This document shows, one piece after another, positions 23,574-35,500 of a DNA stretch of 64,000 nt. The position numbers and the translations under genes were made by a program. Numbering within the stretch: the stretch's first letter is position 1; the number at the start of each line of letters is the position of its first letter. This DNA comes from Zootoca vivipara (taxonomy: Eukaryota), in assembly GCF_963506605.1 (NCBI RefSeq), contig NC_083276.1, forward strand, positions 84,754,001-84,818,000, written 5' to 3'. The notes beneath the pieces were generated by a model. That model was not told where the DNA came from and did not search any database. It was given only the letters and a program-made list of their open reading frames with translations.

Positions 23574-25199
23574 GATCTGAAGGAGAAAGAGAGAGAAAAT
23601 CAACAAGCTTTTTTTGGAAAGGGACCCTCCACTCCTATGGTTAACAACACATCCAGCTGTTATATCTCTATATTCAATAAGGAGTTATGAAAAATCTCCT
23701 TTGTCCTCAAGGGACAAACACAAAAAACAGCCCCCACCCCCAGGGCTGGGTTTCTGTGTCTAACACACACAAAGTATAATTTCTACAATAGGTGCAGCTT
23801 TCTCCTATTTCTCCTATTGACAATGAAGTTGTACCCTTCATTCTCCTTTACATGGGCAGCAATTCTTGGGAGCCATATGATTCTGAGCCTATACCAGATA
23901 TGGCATGTAGGCTAAAGGCATCTATTCCTTATTATAAATACATGGTAGGGCAGCAAGTGGGTTGTTTTGTAAACAGCTTTGAGAGTATGTGTGTGTGTGT
24001 TTTAGCAATCAAGCAATGAATACTTTTTATGAAATAAATAAAATAAAACAAAACAAGCACAACCCTAAATCTGCCCATTTTAGGTCAAGTCAATTATTCT
24101 TGGATACACCTTTCCCCCTCAGGTTCTTGAAAGTGCACCTGCATACATGGTTACCTGGGAAGAACATTTTGTGGATACTGTCACTGAAGTCTCTTATAAA
24201 TCAGGGCTGACTATTCTATTACTGTATTGAGGCCCCACTCCTTTCACATTTTAATATATTTTGGCCCTGGTACAACACTGAAATAAGCAGTTGCTGGGGC
24301 GGAAATAATCAGTTCTATACTACAACAGCATAAGATATTAAATTCTGGGATCAGATGACCAGCACACAGTTGCTCTCAAACTTTCTGTGTCCCAACTAGT
24401 GTCCAAAAGATCCAAAATTTCTTGGCGCCTCTATGATGTTTCAATTTCCTAGTGGTGATTGCAACAGATATCATTACAGTATTAAAAGTCTTTAGTGGTT
24501 AGTCAAGAGTTGGAAAGAGTTAGTCTGAAAAGCTGTGTGTCTACACAGCTATATACTTGGAGAATTGTGCAGTAGTTCATTCACAGCTGTACTGAGGTGC
24601 AACTGTGTATTAAAAACAATGACCAGGTCAAGGAAGGTCAGAAAATGAAGGATACGTCAGTTGTTTCAGCCCACCAAAGGTGAAGGTGGGGCAGAAAGGT
24701 CACCAAACCAGTTGTGCAGGTTACATACAGAGTCCCAGGGTCAAGTATAAGAAGATCACATCATTTGTCTACACTGCAAGCAGCAACCTAACAACAGAGC
24801 AAGAGACAGGGGGGAAACTTCTCCCAAGTAATAATCGAGACACAGAAACCACAGGACAAAACAGGCTAGCTATTATTATTATTTTAATTACTTAAGGCTA
24901 GCTATTGAGTCATAAGGATTACACATGCACAAGAAGTTACAGTAATGGACGAAAAGGCCAGTGCGGGTGGGGGCCGACATGTGTCAAGAAAATCAATCTC
25001 CTTAATCTACTGGTCTTTAACTGGTGGAGCACGTCCAGGGTATTTGTCAGGGTATTTTCTCCCCTCGGAAAAAACCAACAACATCCTTTGACACGCTATT
25101 AAAGTATCCCAAGAATTCTTTGAGATAAGTATTAGTCCTGAGAGCAGAGCCACCATTCACTGCCAGGGGTTCATATGACGGGGTGAACCATTGTTCAGG

Positions 25200-26150
25200 C
25201 GCCGTTTCTGCTAGAAAAAACCCGCGTCAGTTCTCACGTTCAGCAGGGCTGGCGGAGAAATGCAGCGGGGAAAATGACGAGAGATAAGCCGCACGACTCC
25301 GAGCGTTTCAGGAGGCCCCGGGGATGCTGTCGGATCAGGGGGGCGCTTACCACTCTCCGGGCTGGAAAGCACACGAGGCGCCCTCGCTCCTCTCACCGCG
25401 GACCACCTTCGCCCTTTGGTGCACGTCACTTCCGTTTGTCACGGACCCCGCCCCTCGGTCGGAGACAATCCTTTCCCCGCCCCGCCTCCTCCTCTTCCTC
25501 CCCCCCCCACTTCAGCTTTCCCATTGGCCCACCCCGATCCCAACTCCTCGTCCTTTCTCGGCCTCCCATTGGCAGCGGAAAGCGCCCGCCGGTCGGGACA
25601 AGGGAGGAGGCGAGTGGGGCGGGGAGAGAGAGAGAAAGTGAGTGACAGACTGGGAAGTCGCGGCGGCGGAGGAGGCTGAGCCCCGGGTCCGGTTACTAGG
25701 GGCGACTGTCCTGGAGGTGAGCCACGCAGCCGCCGCCGGGAAAGGGATGACCGGGTGGGGAGAACAGGGATGTGGGCCTCCCCCTGGAATCCCCGCCGCA
25801 CCGCCTCCTTCCCTCACTCCCTCCCGCTTCCCAAGTAAACAACCTCCGAGGAAGGCCCCTCCCGGCCCGGCTCAGCCAAAACAAAACAGCCTCGGAGGAG
25901 CTGTCTGGGGCCGCCCAAGGACCTCTCTCTCCGCTGTGCCTGGCAGCGCTGCCTTTCCCACTTGGGAGGAGGGATCTGGCGAGTGAGCTGGTTCCCCTCC
26001 GGCTCAGTCAATCCCAGGGGGTGAGAGGGCCGCCTCTCCCTTGATTCCCTCTCCTTTCATTCGCGGGCGCCGGGGGAGCAAAACCAGCTCCTTCGCTCTC
26101 TTTCTCCCGCCGACGCCAATCAACCCCACAAAAGGGGCCTGGAGCTGGTC
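25200..26150. promoter_or_regulatory. CpG-island bidirectional promoter shared by ANKZF1 (-) and ATG9A (+)
   Basis: Sharp rise in GC and CpG content. Contains GC boxes (ccccgccc), reverse CCAAT boxes (attgg near 25523 and 25568) and an ETS/CRE-like GCACGTCACTTCCG at 25421-25434. Opposing first-exon donors: minus-strand GTAAGC (exon ends 25351) and plus-strand GAG|GTGAGC (exon ends 25716). Confidence 0.85.
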
Positions 26151-26512
26151 CTGTTTCCGGTTGGAGAGTGTTGAGTGGAACCAGTGTTGAGTGGAACCTG
26201 GATGTACATTTCCAAAATCTAAACAAATAATTTGAAACCTACATACAGCAACAGTGCTTTGTGCTGTGTATGGACCTATTAGGTCCATTAATTACCATAT
26301 AGCATATATTCAACACACAAAAACAGCAACAATTTGTTGTTGACAGCTGGACATATAAAGGGCCCCCTTACCTTCAGTAGCTTAGGGCCTCAGCAAACCT
26401 AAATCCGGCCCTGAGTGGAACCAGCAGCCTCCCAGGGTCATTCTGCCAGCCGAATGCCCACATGCCCCTCAAAAGTCCATCTCCAGTGTACATCCTGCCC
26501 TTCTCTTTTCAG

Positions 26513-26612
26513 GCGGGGGGACATTCGGGATCCAAGGCTAGAGATGCCAGTCGGATGCCCAGAGCACAGCACAAGCAGGGGGTTCCTGCAGCACTAGGGG
26601 TAGATGGAGCAG
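26513..26612 (+). other. ATG9A: Probable ATG9A 5'UTR exon 2
   Basis: Strong acceptor ttctcttttcag and donor CAG|GTGAGT; 100 nt; lies between exon 1 and the ATG exon (acceptor at 29527). Confidence 0.65.
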
Positions 26613-26617
26613 GTGAG

Positions 26618-26653
<36 letters not shown>

Positions 26654-26661
26654 TGTGTGTG
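26618..26661. repeat. Compound (CT)n(GT)n microsatellite
   Basis: Read directly; it starts immediately after the donor of ATG9A UTR exon 2. Confidence 0.95.
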
Positions 26662-27173
26662 ACGTGCATAGGTGTTGCTTCAAGAGGGATTTATTTTGCC
26701 ATTTGTTTTGGTCTGTCTGAATTGTGGTACCGTAGCTTACACACCAAGTAAGCTGGGTGTGTCCTTCCTGTAGCTATAGGCACTGCATCTACATGAGTCA
26801 AAGTACAGGGCAAATAAGGAGAAATATTTAAGAATGGGTGTGGTTGTTTTTATTTGCAAAAGTGGCAAGAATATATGTACATTCTCTGAATGAAGAAAAA
26901 TCATTTGACATGCTGTTACAGTATCCCAAGGATCCTTTAATTCAAGTGTGGGTTGAAACTTTGTAGTAGCCCATGGGTGAATCACTGATTTCTGGTTGAT
27001 CTGCTGGTTGGTAGAATTCTTGCCAAGAACATGGGAGTAGGCTAACTCTGGTCTTATCCAACAATGCATGTCTTATCTACTAAGGCAAGAGTGGATATGT
27101 TGGATCACTAGTTAAAAAGAGAGAAGAGGTCACACATGACTGTAGTCTGCCTGTGTTCTAGTCATGACAGACA

Positions 27174-27418
27174 GAGAGCCAGTGTGGTGTAGTGGTTAAG
27201 AGCGGTAGACTTGTAATCTGGGGAACTGGGTTCGCGTCTCCGCTCCTCCACATGCAGCTGCTGGGTGACCTTGGGCTAGTCACACTTCTCTGAAGTCTCT
27301 CAGCCCCACTCACCTCACGGGGTGTCTGTTGTGGGGGAGGAGGGGAAAGGAGATTGTTAGCTGCTTTGAGACTCCTTCGGGTAGTGATAAAGCAGGATAT
27401 CAAATCCAAACTCTTCTT
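27174..27418 (+). mobile_element. tRNA-derived SINE (Squam3-like)
   Basis: Head GAGAGCCAGTGTGGTGTAGTGGTTAAGAGC with A box and B-box-like GGGTTCGCGTCTCC, body gggtgaccttgggctagtcac, L2-like 3' end and CTT tail. Confidence 0.8.
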
Positions 27419-27575
27419 AAAATTTCTAAATACTGTATCCTAAATGATTGTGCTGTAGAACATTTGATCGTGGAACTTAATTGAGGAGAGGCTACCCTGA
27501 ACTTACTCCTAAGTGGTGCCAGAACTATGTGTGATATTTAAGTGTTGTTGAACTAGTTGGAAACAGTGACCAGAG

Positions 27576-27712
27576 CAGGCATCCCCAACCTGCGGCCCTC
27601 CAGATGTTTTGGCCTACAACTCCCATGATCCCTAGCTAACAGGACCAGTGGGTCGGGGATGATGGGAATTGTAGTCCAAAACATCTGGAGGCCTGAAGGT
27701 TGGGGATGCCTG
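27576..27712. mobile_element. hAT-type MITE
   Basis: TIR CAGGCATCCCCAACCT / AGGTTGGGGATGCCTG and perfect 8-bp TSD GACCAGAG. Confidence 0.92.
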
Positions 27713-29567
27713 GACCAGAGAGTTAACAAATTCAGCATTTATGTAATTGCTAAGGATGTCCAACACAGTCACACTTGACTTCAAAAAATGAAACCTCAAA
27801 AATCAAATGATTGGTTGAAAGTCAAGTTGAAAGGGAAAGACTAGAGGTTCAAATCTCTCCCAAGCATATTGGTGTTATTCAAAATCACAAGAATAGAAGC
27901 ATAGCTAGAATGTATACTGCAAGTCAGGGAAGATGCTAGTGTAATAGAAGCAAGGAAGCTGTTAGAGGCAATAAGGCTTCTTCCTTCCTTTCACAAAATG
28001 GGAGGTCTTGCTTAATTAAGGAGAACAAAATGGAACACATGCTTGCAAAACAAATTCAAAAAAGAAAGTAAGTTTTGAGGAGCATATAGCTAAAAACATT
28101 AAGATCAACAATAAAACATACTATTAAAAGTGTGTATGACAGATGTAAAAAGGGAAAATTATGTGCCAAGGATTCTGTCTGTCACATCCCAAAATAGGAT
28201 ACTGTAGAGCTCGAAAAAGTGTGGAAAAGGTAAACCAAAAACATTGGGTAATTTTTTAGTTTTTTAAAAAAGGTGAGTAAATTCCCCCACTGATGATTGC
28301 CTTTCACTCCACCAAGATGCCACTAAAATCCTCCTCATTATATCATTAGACCCCTTACTTGTACGTGCCAGACTAGAGATTCCCCAGACCTTACTTTAAG
28401 GTAGTTTGAGCATCAGTCTGTGTCTTTCAGTTGCCCCTGCAACAACTGTCCATGCAACTCCACGTCACTCTCCAGGTACACCTGTAACACAGTGCTGGGT
28501 GCCATATCAAGAAGCCTGGTAAGGGTTCTGTCACCCAGCAGAGTTGAAGTCACAAGGGCATAGAATTCCTGGCCCTAGTTATGGTCTTGGTCTTAGTCTT
28601 TTGCATACTTGCATCCACAGAGCTGCAGGAATTTCTCATCTGAGCCTCAGTAGATCACCTTTGGCAAATTCTATCTTCCCGGGGTCCAATAGCTCCACCA
28701 CTTAATTTTACACCTTGTAGCATAGGAACTCTTGCTTTTCTCTAGACTAGAAGTTTGAATGTGTTAGAATATTGGCTTTAAAATGCACCTTTGAGTTTGC
28801 ATATATGTTGTGCTGTACTATGAATCTATTTTGAAAATGTGCATATGAATAGATGCATACACAGGCTCTCAGATACAAAAGAGCATGTGGTTGTGGCACT
28901 GTGGGAACAGGATACTAGACTAGATAGTTTTTTTTATTTCTCTTTTTTCATTATAATGTATTTTTTACTTCTAGTATAGAAAGAAAGCTAGAACAGTAGG
29001 CTAAAATGAAAGTGAAGCTGAATAGAGTTCTTGTAAACCCCAGCTAAGTAGGTTTCCTTTAGTTGAAACGTTGTACTTTCCTTTGTATGTGGGGAGAGAT
29101 TGATATACTTGCAAGGGTATGTATCAAGTACCTGCTCTGCCTGTTCATGAAAATGAAATTAAATGTATTTAAATAACAACAACAACAACAACTTTGTTGC
29201 AGACAACAGTTTGTAAATATGATGTAAAGCAAAGTCTCAAAACCAAGAATAGCATGTTTCATGATCAGGCAGTGTTTCCTGCAATGCTCTCACTACCGAT
29301 CATTATTTCCTATCTCTTAATTTGTGCTGCTTTTCTCTCCTGCCACTTTCCTCTCTCCACTCTTTCACTCTTTTCCTTCCTTGCCCCCTGCTATTTGGTC
29401 CCCACCAAAAGCTTCCAGTTCCCTTTAAGGGTAAATTTAAATGAAATGAGTCTCCCAACCCAACTGATGCCTTCGAGTTATGTCTTAAGTGCTACTTTTT
29501 TTTTTACCCTGTCTTTCCGCCTCTCAGAGCATGTGTGACTTTGGATGACGCCCAGCTCAGTGACAAC

Positions 29568-32500
29568 ATGGCTCATTTTGATACAGAGTATCAGCGGCTG
29601 GAGGCCTCCTACAATGACTCTCCCCCGGGAGAAGAGGACCTGATGGTTCACATTGCTGAGGGCAGCAAATGTGAGTACAGCTGTGAGCGGCCAGCCTTGG
29701 GGCCAGGCACCCCACAAATCAGTGCTGATGGTGCCTGGGATTGGTGAAAGACTAATCTGAACAGGAAGTGGAATTGTGAGATTCTGGCTCTGTTTCTGGA
29801 GAAACTGCATTTGGTGTGCAGCATGTTTTCAAGCATGCCGGTTCCTGGGAAGCAGCAGTAGTAGGAGAAGGCAGCTGCATTCTTGTATTGCTTGTGGATT
29901 TCCCAGAGGCATGTGGGACTAGACGGGCCTTTGGTCTTAAGTTCTTAGTACATTCCCACTAAATTGAGCAAGGCTTTTTCTCTAGAAATTGTGTTTAGGG
30001 TTCAGCTTTAAACTAATGTTCTTAAAATATTGGGCTTGGATGTGCCACAGCTCCCTCCCCTCTGGCTTCTTTCTGCTGTGTTGAATTTTAGGATTCTTTT
30101 TTCACTTTGTCTGTCTTGCAGCTCCCTGGCACCACATTGAGAATCTGGACCTCTTTTTCTCTCGTATATCCTTACCTGAAGGGCAGGGATGGTTGGATCC
30201 CAGTTGTCGGGATTGGGGGTGGGGCTCGGTAGCAGCAGAGCTGGGAACCCTTTACAAGGTTCCTTGTGGCCCATTAAACACTCCAAGAGGCAAGGGACCT
30301 TTCAGTATCAATTCAGGAACAAAAGATAGCATAATCAAGAACCAGCCTCTGGAACCCATACAGGTTTACAGGCCAGACAGCAACAAAAGCAATACAATGA
30401 GATTTGCAATCACCCCCTCCGAAAGTTACTGACTCTTTCCTCCTGATGGTGGCTAATCGTGACTTATCTTATAGCATGGCAGGTTGAACTGGAAAAGGAG
30501 ATGCTTCCTGCTAATGGGAGACTAGTCTCTGGTAAAACTAAGGGTGGGTCTGCAACCAATATTCTGAGCAATTCTCTTTGACTGTACCCCTCACGTCTAT
30601 AACCTGCACCAGAAGAATGGCTTCACCTGTATGCTCATCAGTGAGATCTTTGAATTAATGTGAGTATGAACTCCATGTCTCTTCCTGTAAGACGGGATTG
30701 GAAGTGGACATTTGTTGTATTTCCATGGGCACCTTGCAAGAGGTGAAAAAAAGAGTTCTGGTTTCATGCTGGAACTAGTGATCCTTCCCTGGCCCCAATT
30801 CCCTGCCATTCAGGTTGATAGGAAAACAAATCCTATTCCTGATTCTCTTTATGCAAGATGTCTCTGATATGAAGGATTCAGACAGCTGGTGCCTTTTGCT
30901 GGCCCAGATAATTTGAAGATGGGAGCGGGGAAGGCTGAGTGCCTCCTAGTGTGACACATCTTCTCTTCTCACAGGCAGTTCATCTTTGTTGTGGCCTTCA
31001 CCACATTCCTTGTCAGCTGTGTTGACTACGATATCCTGTTTGCTAACAAGCTGGTGAATCACAGCCAGCATTCCAGTGACCCCGTCAAGGTGACCCTGCC
31101 AGATGCCTTCCTGCCTCCCAATGAGTGCAGTGCCAGGTAAAGTTAGCAAGGACTATCCTTTCCTAAATTTGACCACATCCTAGCCCATCTTGGTGGGGTC
31201 TAAAATCCAAGAGACCTCCTGGATGTGGAAGATCCTCTACTTTGCATTTTAAGTCACACTTAATCATAGCTGTAGGCTCGGAAATGTAGTTCTTGCAAGG
31301 TGAGCGTTGCTGTCAAAACTGCTTTCAGGTGTTTGCTTCTATATCAGCCAAATCTGGGGTCTCCAATGTTAACCTAATCTCAGTGATAAAGTTGGGCCCT
31401 TGACGAGCTAGCTGGTCTTTTAATATACTGTACTAGAAAATATTTGGACCCTCAGTGTCTTGTGGATTAACTGTGAGAGAAAGCTTTGTGTTCACATTTG
31501 TAGCTGTACCCATCTTCTCTCAGGTTTTCCAGCCCAGTTGCCCATTAGTACAGTTTAATGCATCTCAGCACTGCATAGCCTTGCACAAACCTGAAGTGCC
31601 TGTATTCTAGCAATCTGAGGAGGGGTTCACACATGCTTTGGAAAGAACTGTAACAACCAGAAGGGAGGTAGCTGCTTCTTCCTTTCTGTGAGTCCATCTT
31701 TCTCACAGGATCCAGGCCAATGGCTTTCTCATCTCCATCCTGGTGATCGCGGGGGTCTTCTGGATCCATCGGCTGATAAAATTCATCTACAACATTTGCT
31801 GCTATTGGGAAATCCACTCTTTTTACATCAACGCTCTCAAGATTCCCATGGTAAGCTGCTGTGGTCTGGGAACTGTTAGACATGCATGCACAAATCTACA
31901 TACTGTGCTATTGATAGGGAATGTTGACACCTTAGCAATATAGTTCTAATTACCTGATTTCAAGCAAATCAGTACTGCCATATTCTGCCCCCACTTTTTT
32001 CTGCAACCTTCCCAGAAGCATTTGACTGACTGTTACTGGAGACAGAATGCTGGAACAACATTTGGTTTGACCCAGAATAACATTTGGGTTGATCGTGCAA
32101 TTCAGTTGTTATACTCTTTTCGAAGCAGTCAGAAGCCTGCAGATAAGACCTGTTGCTTCTTCTGCTTTAAGAGAAAAATCTTCCACTCCCGAATCTTCCT
32201 CTGTCCCTTATTGACCTTCCTTCAGAGTTACACACTGCTGCTGCTCTTTCTGGTCTGCTGCTAATCCCATGTATGCTCAATCTGACTTGCTTGGTTGAGT
32301 GGCAGGGCTAGTATGTTCTGCAGCTGCCATTGTCTGGTTTGCCAGTGTTTGTTATTTGGTCCTTGCCCAAGAGTGTTAGAAGTTGAGTCTCTGCATAACA
32401 AATTCCCTCCCCCTTTTTCAGGATTGGGGAAAGTTTTTGTTTGTTAAATTTGTTAGTCACTTTATCTTTCCCAAGACAACTCAAATCAACAAACAAACAA

Positions 32501-35500
32501 CCAAATGGACAAAAAAAACCCCCACCCCCAGATACATTAAAACCACCGGGGGGGGGGAATACATTAAAAACCTACCCACTTCTAAAAGGCCACAGATAGT
32601 TAAAGGCCAAAGGCCTGAATGTGGAGGAAAGTTTTTGCCTGGCACATAAAGATATATAATGATGGCGCCAGATGAACCAATTTGTGGAGAGCATTCCACA
32701 AATGGGGAGCCACCAAAGAAAAGGCTCATCTTCATGTTGCTACCCTCTAGACCTCTTGTGGAGAGGGAACATGAAGAAGCACCTTATATGATGACTGCAG
32801 GGTCCAGGTTAGTTCATATGGGAAGAGATGGTCCTTAAGGTATTGCGGCCCTGAGATGTTTGAGGCTTTATGTGTCAAAATTGGGCCCAGAAACTAATTG
32901 TCAACCAGTGCAGTCAGGCCAAGATTGGTGTTACATGCTCAAACTGTCCTGCCTTGATGAGCAACCTGGCCACTGAATTCCACAACAGCTGAAGTTTCTG
33001 AAATGTCTCAGAGGCAGTCCCATGTGCATTGCGCTAATCTAACTTAGAGGTTGCCAGAGCATAGACAAGAGAAGTTAGTCTATCCCTGTCCAGATAGGGG
33101 CACAGCTGGGCCACCAGCTGAAGCTGATGGAAGGCACTCCACCTGAGGCCACCTGAGCCTCAAGTGACAGCAATGGATCCAGAATTATCCCCAAGTTGTG
33201 TACCTGCTCCTTCAGAAGGGAGTGTATCCCCATCAAGAGGATTAGCCTTGTCACAGCACTAACCTTACCATCCCTCTCTTTGCCTGCAGTCCAATTTGCC
33301 CTACTACACATGGCAGGAGGTGCAGGCACGGATTGTCCAAATCCAGAAGGAACACCAGATCTGCATCCATAAGAAGGAGCTGACAGAACTGGACATCTAC
33401 CACCGCATCCTGCGTTTCAAGAACTACATGGTGGCCATGGTGAACAAGTCGCTATTGCCTATGCGCTTCCACCTTCCCCTACTGGGCGATACAATCTTCT
33501 ATACGCGTGGCCTCAAGTACAACTTTGAGCTCATCTTCTTCTGGGGCCCTGGCTCACTCTTTGAGAATGAGTGGAGTCTCAAGGCCGAGTACAAGCGAGG
33601 CAGCAACCGCCTGGAGCTGGCTGAAAAGCTGGGCACCCGTATCCTCTGGATTGGCATTGCTAATTTTCTGCTCTGTCCACTCATCCTCATCTGGCAGATC
33701 CTCTACGCCTTCTTCAGCTACACAGAGATGCTGAAGCGAGAGCCAGGAAGCTTGGGGGCTCGTTGCTGGTCCCTCTACGGCCGCTGCTACCTGCGGCACT
33801 TCAATGAGCTGGACCACGAGTTGCACTCGCGCCTTAGCAAGGGCTACAAGCCAGCCTCCAAGTACATGAACTGCTTCATTTCACCTCTGTTCACTGTCGT
33901 GGCTAAGAATGTGGCCTTCTTTGCTGGCTCCATCCTCGCTGTCCTCATTGCCCTCACAATTTATGATGAAGACGTGCTTGCTGTGGAGCATGTCCTCACC
34001 ACAGTCACCATTCTGGGCGTGGCTGTCACTGTCTGCAGGTGAGTTGAGATTGGCTGTGAACAGAAGGGCTTTTGCTTTTGTTCTCTGAGCCTTGGCATCA
34101 ACGGGGTGGTTGCCATTACTATGGGGAGCACCCAACCAGAGAATTGACAGGTGGGAATTAAAAGCATTCTGCTGACCAAAAATTGCATTAAGCTACAAAA
34201 GTTGTTCTGCTGTGTCTCCCACTGAGTAAGTTGCTGGGAGATGAATTGCCTGTGCTGCCTTTTCCTTCTGTGGCAATGATAGCTAGGACACTTGAGCAAA
34301 TTGATTAAGCTTAACAACCCATGTCTTTCAGCTCTGCAAAACAGGTCATTTCCCTGGTTTAATGATCTTAGTGATGGTGGTGCCTTGGAGTTGTTTAGAC
34401 TGTGACACCTGCAATGAGAGGGCCTCTGGGATGGTACGAGGCAAAGCCTGGTTTTTCTAGAATAGTGCAACCTTAGACTTACCTTTCAGTTTTTGCCTGG
34501 ATCAAGCAAGGACAGAGCTTCTAGCTGTCTATGAAGAATGTGACAGGCACTGCTTGAAGGTAATACTCTGGGGCGAGTCACAAACTAGGGTAAGCGGACA
34601 GAAATGGGGAATAAAGGAGTTGGAAACAGCAGCTCAGCTTGATATCTGAGAGGTGAAACAAAGGTGGGGGTGGTATAGCGTGTATAGCTACTGGTTAAAC
34701 AGAGTTAGCTGTGCTGTATATTGATGTGCAGTAAAAATCAACCTGACATTTCCTATGTTGTAATTGACATTTTAGATTGCTGTAACCTGCCACTGACTTA
34801 ATGTCAGTGAAGACTAGTGGTTGAACAGGAGTCTAAGAAATCTAGGAATTTGGCTGATCACAGAGTCTGTGAGGAATTGTTGCAAGGCTGCTTTAGAGGC
34901 AAACAGGCACCACACATTTTATTACTCTGATCAAAGGCTGCAATCTGAACAGTTCTGTACTGCAAATAAGGATATAAATAAATACAGAAATGTGTGAAAT
35001 TAACATCTTCCTCCACAGTGAACCAGTTCGTTAAAGCTGAACCTGCTATATCTGACCCATAAATAGTTTGTCTCATTACACTCCTCTGTGTTCATCTTTC
35101 CATGAAGAGGGAACACTGGGGCTGGGGACCCCTAGAACATAAGGTGCCTGTCTGCTTGCTTTTATGAAGGAATGTAGCTCTCGTTGACACCTGTCCCATC
35201 TGTCCTGCAGATCCTTCATCCCAGACCAGCACCTGGTCTTCTGCCCAGAGCAGTTGCTTCGGGTGATTCTGGCGCACATCCACTACATGCCTGACCACTG
35301 GCAGGGCAACGCCCACCGCTATGAAACCCGAGATGAGTTCGCCCAGCTCTTCCAGTACAAGGCGGTGAGGTGGGGCAGGGTAGGGTGGGAGGAAATCGTA
35401 TAAGAGCTGCCCTTTGCATAGACCCTGACTAGATCCAAGCATGTATTGTCCCTTGAGTTCCCCCCCAAAATGGGGGAGGTTCTCTGACCCCAGGGTATGT

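Noticed and set aside
26167-26198. 16-bp tandem repeat AGTGTTGAGTGGAACC x2, plus similar short duplications near 13780 and 16070
   Set aside because: Two-copy local duplications without spacers; not CRISPR-like, and the context is eukaryotic.
25211-26288. Many overlapping 70-120 aa ORFs on both strands
   Set aside because: Expected from stop-codon depletion in a GC-rich CpG island; low-complexity Pro/Arg/Gly products with no recognisable domain.
27174-27250. tRNA-like sequence with A and B boxes (also the head of the SINE at 39093)
   Set aside because: It continues into a SINE body and tail and gives no complete cloverleaf, so it is not a tRNA gene.
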